The notes under the pieces are model-generated. The model was not told the origin of the DNA. It ran no database searches and saw nothing but the letters and a program-made list of their open reading frames with translations. The position numbers were made by a program, and so were the translations under genes. A stretch of DNA of 64,000 nt from Octopus sinensis (lineage: Eukaryota): NCBI RefSeq assembly GCF_006345805.1, contig NC_043004.1:38068001-38132000 (forward strand). Direction: 5' to 3'. Below are positions 53,400-64,000 of the stretch, piece by piece (within the stretch, counting starts at the first letter, position 1; each line of letters starts with the position of its first letter).

Positions 53400-54440
53400 G
53401 TCATGACCATCACCATGAATACTAGCACCACCACCACCACCACATCACCACCACCACCACATCACCACCGCCATCACCATCATCATCATCACCACCATCA
53501 TCATCACCCCCACACCCCACACCACCCTCACATCACCCCCAAACACCCTCACATCATCCCACCCCACCCATCATTAACATCATCATCATCATCATTTGTG
53601 TCTTCATCAGAATTGCCATCATTGCCGTGATCATCATCATAATCACCACTGCTGTCACCACCGCCACTATCGTATTCCTCCTCCTTCTTCCTCTTTCTCC
53701 TCCTTATCATCATCATCATCATCATCACCGTCATTCCCATCCTGTTCATCATAATTGTCATTACCATTATGACCACCATAAAGATCGTAACCTACACAAC
53801 CACTACCACAACCACCAAAACTATCCCCCTCCTCCCCCTCCTCCTCCTTACCATTATCATCACCATCGCCACTTTAATCGTCGCCATCGTCTTATCTTAC
53901 CGTTCTAATTGTTGAGGCTACCAAATTAGTCATAATCAAATCCATGACGCTAACTTGACCCCATGACAGACGGCCATCTTGTGTAAATTCTACATTTGGT
54001 AAATACTATTTTGATTAACACCGAAAGTGGGAGCGTGATATAGATGACGTCGGAAGTGGTTGTGGTGGTGGTGCTGGTGCTGGTGTTGGTGGTGGTAATG
54101 GCGATAGTGGTGGTGTTGGTGGTGATAGGTACGTTGGCGTTATTAGTTATATTAGTTGAGGCCATTATGGTAATACTTGTAATGTAGGCTGTGATGTTGA
54201 TGTTACTAGTATTAGTACATGTATCATTGCTGCTATTGCTGCTGCTGCTGGTGTTATTGCTGCTGTTGTTGCTGCTGTTGTCAGTGGTGGTGATATATGT
54301 ACTGGAGTTATTTGCTGTGGAGCTGAGGCTGATGATTGTGACTGTACTTTTGGTGGTGGTTGAGGTGATAGTGCTGGCAGTAGTTAACGTGATGGAAATG
54401 GCGAAGATCATAGCTGTGATATTGATGATGATACTGATGC
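53400..54440. repeat. Degenerate (CAC/CAT) and (GTG/CTG) low-complexity tracts
   Basis: Direct inspection; explains His/Pro/Thr-rich ORFs. Confidence 0.8.
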
Positions 54441-54774
54441 TGTTTTACTACTGCCTGCCCGGATGAGTCCTGATGTGACCAACCAGTCATTTTGGAGATC
54501 CCTCGGACAAAAATTTAATTCTACCTTTCATTTTTAAAATAATAAAAGCAGTCATAGACAAACTGCTGTCGGCAGAGCGTTCTGAAAGGTGCACCTTACG
54601 AAAAGTTACCTTGAAAATTTTAGTGGTGCAGCCCACCTGATGTTGAGTCATATCTCACGAAGCCTGCTTCTCGAAGCAGAAAAGGCTGTCCGTCCCCGCG
54701 GTAGAGTATGGTTTAACGGAGAATTAAATGTTATCTCTCCCAGTTTGAGCAATCGCGAATTTGCTTCTTTGTCC

Positions 54775-55181
54775 TTTTCTACTCTAGGCACAAGGGCCGA
54801 AATTTTTGGGGAAGGGACCAGTCGATTAGATCGACCCCAGTATGCAACTGGTACTTAATTTATCGACCCCTAAAAGATGAAAGGCAAAGTCGACCTCGGC
54901 GGAATTTGAACTCTGAACGTAGCGGCAGACGAAATACCTTTCGCCCGGTGTGCTAACGTTTCTCATTTCTTTATTGGCTAAAAGGGGCTAAACATAGCGG
55001 GGACAAACAAGGACAGACAATTATCGACCACAGTGCGCAACTGGTAATTTATTTATCGACCCCGAAAGGATGAAAGGCAAAGTCGACCTCGGCGGAATTT
55101 GAACTCAGAACGAAAAAACAAACGAAATGCCGCTAAGCATTTCGCCCGTCGTGCTATCGTTTCTGCCAGCTCGCCGCCTTC
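54775..55181 (-). mobile_element. Two tandem SINE D copies (one of each tail type)
   Basis: Two gaaaggcaaagtcgacctcggcggaatttgaactc bodies; ends tttctgccagctcgccgcctt. Confidence 0.8.
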
Positions 55182-55609
55182 TTTGTTAGTTCCTTATGGT
55201 GTTAGTTCCTTATACTGACAGCGTTGGTGTCTGTTGTGCTTATGTTAGTAATGTCTTTGGGTAGTTGTAGTAGAGGTCAAGTGACGATGGCTGTGGTGGT
55301 GGTCGTCGACTGATTTTCTTTTTCTGCAAGTGAAAAAGAAAATCAGTCTGCGTATAACTGAGTCTGTGTATGCGTATGTGTGAGTGCATGTGTGCATAAA
55401 TGCATTTTTTTTAATGCAGTGAAATCTGTGGTTTCGGTAATTTTTCATATCCTTCATCAGATCTCAAGAATACGCGCGTGTGTGTGTGTGCGTGTGTGTG
55501 TGTATATGTGTGAATATGCATGAGAGCGTGTAAGTTTGAGTATGTGTATGTGTGTACGTTCATATAATTATTTGCATTCATGAATATATTAGTAGTTTGT
55601 GCTTAATGG

Positions 55610-55875
55610 GTAATAATGATGACGACGACGACGATGATGATGATGATATGATGAATGATGAAGATGATCACAATGATGACGATGATGATGATGATGATGA
55701 CGGCGACGACAACGACGATAGTAACGATGGTGATGGTGATGCCGGAGCTTGGATGATGATGGCGAGGAGGAGGCTGGAGACGATGTGAGGCCGCCGCCCC
55801 CGATGAGGGTGATGGTGGCATATCTGTTTGTGGTCGTGACAGTTGTGGTGGTGACCATACAGATGATAATGATGA
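55610..55875. repeat. (GAT/GAC) low-complexity tract
   Basis: Direct inspection. Confidence 0.8.
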
Positions 55876-56663
55876 TAATCAAGTCCCAGGTCTGATTGAT
55901 GTTTTCAAATTTGTTCATCACATTACATGATACTTTACAAATTATTTAATTAATACAGCAACCAACGAAAATAACAAAAATGAAAAAAAAAATCCCACCA
56001 ACTAACAAACAACAAAAATAACAATAACGACAAACACAAAACACAAAAAAAAACCAACAATAAAAGCAACGGTTCTAATGGCGCATATTGGACGTTCGCA
56101 TCAGCAGCAATGTAAATAAAATAGCAAAACAATATCAACAACGGTAGAAGAACAATTTGTTATGAATGTTTTAATGTTTGCCAATCAGTATTAAAGATTT
56201 AACGATGTTTTGTCTTAGTGTTTCGTGTTCTTTAATATTTGTTTGTTTGTTTGTTAGAATTGCTGTGTGTGCCAAGTTTGTTCTCGCTATGACTGTATGT
56301 GTGAGTATATTATCAATTTTTTTTTTGTCTTTCTGTTATAGTCTTTTTCGCTATTGCTTGATGAATCTTCTATTTTCATTCGAAATTATTTTTTCGTTTT
56401 CTTAACAGAGGTGAAACATAACCATTAACAAAGACCATACACATCCGCAAAGACACACACAGTACGCACACACTATACATCTCCACATACGTGCGCACAC
56501 GTACACACACACAGACACAGAAATGCACAGACATACACATACGCACGCGCACATATATATGGATAGGGAGAGAGATAGACCCATCCATCCCTCCATCTAT
56601 CCATCAATCGAACCATCCATCCACACACACACATACACACACACATATATATATATATATATA

Positions 56664-57147
<484 letters not shown>

Positions 57148-57212
57148 AGATATAATATATATATACTATATATATACATATATATATATATTTATGTAAA
57201 TATATATATATC

Positions 57213-57263
<51 letters not shown>

Positions 57264-57424
57264 AAATGCGTGTGTATATGAATATATATACATATAATAT
57301 ACAAGTATGTGTGCGTATAACTGTGTCTGTGTATGCGTATGTGTGAGGGCATGCGTGCATAAATGTATTTTTTGTCACAATGGTATACTTGCTTCGTTGC
57401 AAGGTTTCATTGAAGAGATCCACA

Positions 57425-57950
57425 ACATTTATTATCTTCTATTGTCGGACAAATCGGTTGCCGGTTGACTGACACATTTATAGTGCGCTTTTGAGATCCC
57501 CAATTCAAGAAACCGCAGAGCTCGCTAACCAATTCCATCCTGTTAGTTTGTCTACCCAACACTTTTCGCTCCTCTGCTCATCCTTGCTCGGAGGATCTCC
57601 CACTCTTTGCGTTCCGATTGAAGAGACACATATTTTCTGTCCCCAAATTCCCGTTCCCTAGGGTATTATTTCCCTGTTCCAGTTTATCGAACCTAATAGC
57701 CAACAGTTGAACGTACTTCCAGCCTGAATTTATTCAAGCTACCCTCGGAATGCGAATACTCAACTGTATGCTCTTTTTTTTCCCTCTGTCTTCCCTTCTC
57801 TGGATCTTTCCTCCTCCTATGTTTCCGACGAAGAGCTCCGCTCGAAACGTTAAACCCTCCTTCTTTCCTGAGCGTCCAATAATACTATATTTGTTCCACG
57901 TCCTCGCGTTGTTGTGTTTTCTCTTTGTGTTTTCATGTTTGGATTAACTA
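57425..57950 (+). mobile_element. Penelope-like element 3' fragment: decayed GIY-YIG endonuclease followed by pLTR-type tail
   Basis: From 57441, IVGQIGCRLTDTFIVRF*D resembles YIGQTGRRLADRFAEHLRD; later FRSSAHP...LFAFRLKRH; hammerhead motif downstream. Confidence 0.7.
57821..57855 (+). ncRNA. Minimal hammerhead ribozyme motif in Penelope tail
   Basis: GUUU-CCGACGA-A-GAGC(UCC)GCUC-GAAAC-GUU-AAAC: stem I GUUU/AAAC, stem II GAGC/GCUC, palindromic ACGU stem III. Confidence 0.65.
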
Positions 57951-57969
57951 TATATATATGTATATATAT

Positions 57970-58282
57970 TCTTTTACTGGTTTCAGTCATTTGACTGCGG
58001 CCATGCTGGAGCACCACCTTTAGTCGAACGGATCGACCCCCAGGACTTATTCTTTGTCAGCCGAGTAGATATTTTATCGGTTTCCATTGCCGGACCGCTA
58101 AGTTACGGGGACTTAAACGCACCAGCATCGGTTGTCAAGCGATGTTGGGGATAAACACACACACACAACACACACATATATATATATAGGACGAGCTTCT
58201 TCAGTTTCCATCTACCAATCCACTCACAAGGCTTGGTCGACCCGAGGCTATAGTAGAAGACACCTGCCAAAGGTACCACGCA
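57970..58282 (-). mobile_element. SINE family A, 5'-truncated
   Basis: Reverse-complement match to family A. Confidence 0.85.
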
Positions 58283-58328
58283 GTGGGACTGAACCCGTAA
58301 CCATATATATATATATATATATAATATA

Positions 58329-58374
<46 letters not shown>

Positions 58375-58622
58375 ATATATATATTATATATATATATATA
58401 TAATATATATATATCTATATATATATATATTATGTATATTCGGTAGCCTTGAAGAGGCTCTTCTTCGGGCCATTCAGGCTGGCTTCTGCAGAGGGAACTT
58501 TTAAGGCTTTCGGGATCCACTTTACATGTTTCTTTTTCTTTTTTTTTTTACATTTTTGCACATTTCATTCTGACGATGAAAATTTGCGATATCTACATAT
58601 ATATACATAAATATTTTTATTT

Positions 58623-58668
<46 letters not shown>

Positions 58669-58790
58669 AATATATTTATATTTATGTTATATATCTATAT
58701 ATATATTATAATATATATAATATTATATTATATATATATAATATATAATATATATATATATATATAGATATATATATATATATATAACTT

Positions 58791-59077
58791 GATCACCGTG
58801 ACTGACCAGGCTATCAGATGTTGCTAGACATCGCTGGTCACAATGCGCCTCGCATTGTTTTAGCCTTCAAATGACGCCACTCCGCTGTCAGAGCGAGCAG
58901 GCCAAGAGAAGAAAGAGTGAGAGAAAGTTGTGGCGAAAGAGTACAGCAGGGATCGCCACCATATCCTGCCGGGGCCTCGTGGAGCTTTATGTGTTTTCGC
59001 TCAATAAACACTCACAACGCCCGGTCTGGGAATCGAAACCGCGAGTCCACTGCCCTAACCACTGGGCCATTGCGCCT

Positions 59078-59080
<3 letters not shown>
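58791..59080 (-). mobile_element. SINE family B, near full length
   Basis: Reverse complement of 3588-3895. Confidence 0.85.
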
Positions 59081-59113
<33 letters not shown>

Positions 59114-59342
59114 AATACTAAATTTCTAAATCTCTCGTAGAGACATGTACTGTGGTGGGGCGATAGAATGGTTGTATACTGTCAATCTAACACGAACGTG
59201 ACAGTAGGGGGGTACACCACCGCTGTTTAGCCCTAGGAAGCATCGACGCTTCCTGATGGCTTTGACTCATTTTTCCTGTTCCTTATACACACACACACAC
59301 ACAACACAACACACACACAACACACACCCACACATATATATA

Positions 59343-59405
<63 letters not shown>

Positions 59406-60843
59406 CATACACACATATATCTATATGACTGTGATTAACATTGCTGAAAACATCACTGTCCTTGTTACATTTCCTTTCCCTAGCAATAGTATTTAAGGTT
59501 TGAAGAGGTTTACATCTCGTTCACTCTATACTGGCTCAGCTACACACTAATATGTATATATTTATGCTTGTAGTAATATATGTGTGCATGCATAAATGTA
59601 AGTTTATATAAGTGCATGTATATATTCCTTTGTATGTGTATGTGTGTGTATGCCTGTATGCATGTGTATATATTTATATATATACATACATATACGTGTA
59701 TACACACACACACACACACACACCACACATATATATATATATATGGATGGGTGTGTTGTTATTGTGTGTGTATGTGCTATTCAGGCGTAAGCTTGCCTAG
59801 AACACGTATACAAAACTACGCAAAAATACGATCGTAGATATGTAGTCATACGTACTGAGAAACACAGAGAGTTATATACATGATAATTGTGCACACAACA
59901 CACGTACGCATACACACACATAACCAGACACACACTCTCATATATATACATATGCGCGCGTGAGTATGTGTGCGTGTATGGAAATACAGACGAGAAGGAC
60001 AAATTAAGAAATAGCAAAGAAAAAAAAAAGCAAAACTTAATTTTGCTTTTGTCTTTAAAATTAAATGAAATGCCAAGTAAATAGATTAGTTTGGTTTAAT
60101 TGAGAAAAATTGAAAAGGAAAGAAAAAACAAAATCAATTAGAAAACAAAACAGGGACACAGCAAAGCAAACATAGAAACAACTCATTACTTGCAAATTAA
60201 ATACAGTTTATTAAGAAATCAAGTAAAACGGTCGAACATTTGGCGGAGGAAGATAAATGTCGTTTGCGAGGATTTATTGCATGTTTCACGTGACATCGTA
60301 ATAGCCTGCTGTTTCGCCAAGCCGCGTCAAACAAATGATTGCGTACGTTTGAAGACGTTGTTGTCCTGAGGACAGTGACATACTGCCTGACATATAATAT
60401 CCACACAACAAGTGAAATGGTGTAATAATTAACGTACAATTCACGCAGCGGGCGATTTTCTTCATCATTTATCTACTGGACGTTTTGGTTTTGTCTTTTG
60501 ATTTTCTTTTGGGTTTGTTGTTTTGTTAACAATGGTGCCAAGGGGTATTAATATTACCAAGAAAATATACGGTTATGAAATTTTTTTTTTTAAATATATA
60601 TATTTGCTGTGTCTAAAAGCGAGATGCTTTTATTATTGCTGCTTTTACATACGTTTTTTTTTCTTCCATTTTTTTTTTATTTTGCCATAATTCCATATCT
60701 TGAAAGGAGTTGCTGAAATATCTTGCACACCTTGCAAGTTGAGCGGTGCGTTTGATGGATGGACTTTTTAATGCATTATTAAGTCATCATTTCCGTTACG
60801 AGCAATTGACCTATTCTCTGCTTAGCACTTGGTCTGAAATATG

Positions 60844-60875
<32 letters not shown>

Positions 60876-61146
60876 ATATAATATGTATATGTGTGTTGTG
60901 TGTGTTATATATATGAATGTATGTATGTATGTGTATTATATTTATGCATGTATGTATGTATGTGCATATATATATGTATATATATATATCGATATATATA
61001 TATATATATACGTAAAATGTGTGTATGTATATATACAGGAAGTCCAAGATGGCTACTGGAAACTGGAACTATCAGTCAAGGCAACTGAGATCGGCATTTA
61101 TACACACACATACACATACACCCCCACCATATAAATACACACACAC

Positions 61147-61179
<33 letters not shown>

Positions 61180-61503
61180 GATTCACATATACATATAAGC
61201 GTACGCGCACATACACACACCTACACACACCTACACACTTGCATAAATATTCCTTTTTAGGGCTTATTCTACCACGTGAACAAACCACTGAACGAGCCGA
61301 AATGTGAAACTTAGACACATGCATACATACATACATACATACATACATACATACATACATCATACATACATACATGCATACATGCATACATAATACATAC
61401 ATACATACATACATATAATTATGTACGTATGCACATTACACACATAAATACATATGTACATTCATCCATACATGCATATATATATAGATATATATATATA
61501 TAT

Positions 61504-61538
<35 letters not shown>

Positions 61539-61587
61539 TATAATATATAACGCATATATATATATATATATTCTATATATATATGTC

Positions 61588-61622
<35 letters not shown>

Positions 61623-61713
61623 GTCTATAATATATATATATATATATGTCTATATATATATGAATATATCTAATTATATATATATGTATATATATAATCG
61701 ATATATATATATA

Positions 61714-61761
<48 letters not shown>

Positions 61762-63400
61762 CACATACGTATGCACACATACATGTATACATTCACATAC
61801 ATACACATACATATACTCTCATATACATTCACAAACATCCGTACATATATAGATATATGTGAATCTGAGCTAGGAGAAGGGATCAGTATCAACGTTCCCT
61901 TCTCACAATAAGTAGATTGAATTGCATATCAGGCGAGGTGAGTATGACGTTACCCACAAACAAAGAAACTTGAATACAAAACTTTAGTGCCCATGTAAGT
62001 AAATATCCGTGAAATACAATTTCGTCGTGACAAATGAAGATAACAATTCATTAAGTATACTTGAAGTATTTCCACTTTTATTTTCACTGCTCTCTTTCTT
62101 GAATTGTCTTATTCCACTTTCTCTTTCTCTCTCATATTTCGATCTGTTTCCTGAATAAAATTATTATCGCGCTGTCCCGAGAGGTCAACGTTTAGATGTT
62201 GCCTATGTTAGCCTTATGCAGTGGATTTCCATCTCTTGGCTATATTTAGTCCATGCCTTTGTATAATATTTTCATTTCCAGTCACCCAAATAACTAACTG
62301 CCTTTAGGTAATTACCTAAGTATTACTTACTAAATCTCCATCAACGGCAAAACTTTAGATATGTTGTTGCTTTCTCTATGGTGATTCTAATCACGTTAGT
62401 AAGTTCCATAATACATCGACTTTTAATACACAAACCAACGAGAGAACTCTACGTGGTTACTCATCCAGCTAAGCGTAACAGCTAAGTTTCTCTCAGATCA
62501 ATATTCACACGCCTCGAAATCATTAGAGGAAAACGCTGAAAAAAAAATTGCGATAGTGAAATCTATAACGCTTTTATAAATTCCTGTACATCAAGACGTG
62601 TATACGTCGACGGCAATAATTGAAATAGAAATATCACCCCGTGCATTAATCTTCTGCAAAAAATCTCAAATCAAACACATCATGCAAGTGTTTCTTCCCT
62701 ATAAATTGAGAAATTGCTTCCTACCCAAGTTTATTCCGCAAGAATCTACCTTTCTAAACATAAATCGACCTCCAGAATATGGGTTGGTCCTACAAAGGTT
62801 CTAAACACTATCCACCATAGTGAGGCTAAATAACAATAATAATAGCACATGGCAACATAATATGCAAAACTGACCTCTCCTCACCACAATATAAAGTTAC
62901 AATTTACATAGATTTAACTGTATCGTTCAATTAATTTTACGGGATATTCTAATCCATAAATCTTTTGATTTAAATAATTTTTTCCGTTTTTTTATTGTAT
63001 CGGCACAAGTTCACTTATTTTGGGAGAAAAGTAAAGAGGATTGCACAGAGCCATACATTTCCATATATGTATTGATATCGGGAAGGACTACTAAAGGCAT
63101 GTGCCAGTTACGTTTACAATCTACTATATATATATACGCAAATGCACACGCATATATATCGAGCACATTGTATGTATGTATGCCTGCGCGCACATTCAGT
63201 TCACACTCACGTAATACCAGAATCCATCCTAATTCACAGTCTTTTGGACAAGAATCCTCTCCTTATCTATACATTCTTGGTAGAATTAGGTAGATGATGC
63301 TGCACAGAAATTCTTTGCGAATACATACATACATACATACATACATACATACATACATACATACATACATACATACATACATACATACTTATATATATAT

Positions 63401-63672
63401 ATGGAAAAAAGTCAAGATAGAAAATTCTAAAATAATTTTATAAAAAACATTTCAGTACCGGTTTTAGTCATTGAAACTTTTCAACTGTAACAATTAAATA
63501 ATTAAATTTAGAAAAATTAAAAGAAAAGTTTTTTTAAAAGAATATTTGTATAAAAAAAACTTTTCTTTTAATTTTTCTTTTACAGTTGAAAAAGTCTCAA
63601 TGACCGAAACCGGTACTGAAATGTTCTTTATAAAATCATTTTAGCATTTTCTATCTTGACTTTTTTTTCCAT
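63401..63672. repeat. Fold-back element with ~90-bp arms, each carrying a hammerhead-like motif (family P4)
   Basis: atggaaaaaagtcaagatagaaaat...ttcagtaccggttt...ttttcaactgtaa mirrored by ttacagttgaaaa...aaaccggtactgaa...ttttctatcttgacttttttttccat. Confidence 0.8.
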
Positions 63673-64000
63673 ATATATCAACTCGTGTGTTCCTTTTCAT
63701 CCTTACACACACACACACACACACATATTTATATATATGTAGTGTACTGTTCCGTTATTAGTGGGATAAAAAAAGAATGTACTGCATCCAGTGAGAGATA
63801 AATATTATTTAACATACACGCTTTAAATACGAGTCACTATAAGTTTCATGCTTCTGAAGATACACTCTCACGAGCTAGTATAGCGTGCCGCGTATTTTTC
63901 AAACAATCCTAGCTCGTCCGACAGTTGCATTTTCAGCGGCATGGAACCTACGATGGCTCGCATTTAAATCCTCTGTATGTACACACACACACATTTGTTC

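Overview
Eukaryotic, repeat-saturated, mostly intronic/intergenic DNA. The dense (TA)n/(CA)n/(TATG)n/(TATC)n and trinucleotide microsatellites and the tRNA-derived SINE families look like an octopus (cephalopod) genome; this is inferred from repeat content, not from a search. Only one host coding exon is recognisable: a 176-bp minus-strand exon (17466-17641) encoding the N-terminal pre-SET/PR segment of a PRDM1/Blimp-1-like protein, with clean splice sites. The next expected exon (GTRFGP motif) was not found, so the downstream intron probably exceeds 17 kb. Nearly all other ORF-track entries are microsatellite translations or TE fragments. Mobile elements: at least four SINE families (one in head-to-tail arrays), a truncated mariner, mariner MITEs, a hAT-like MITE, a 427-bp MITE with 29-bp perfect TIRs and 8-bp TSD (Merlin-like), CR1/L2-type and R4/Dong-type LINE 3' fragments, and a Penelope GIY-YIG fragment. 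Most interesting hidden structure: several families of minimal type-I hammerhead-ribozyme motifs (Penelope pLTR-type, palindromic stem III) with family-specific core variants (U4C, A6U, U3/A8), repeatedly arranged as head-to-head inverted pairs. Also present: a ~1.3-kb near-identical tandem duplication and a ~240-bp hairpin at the window start, either of which may be a long-read assembly artefact. All alignments and folds were done by eye; repeat boundaries are approximate.
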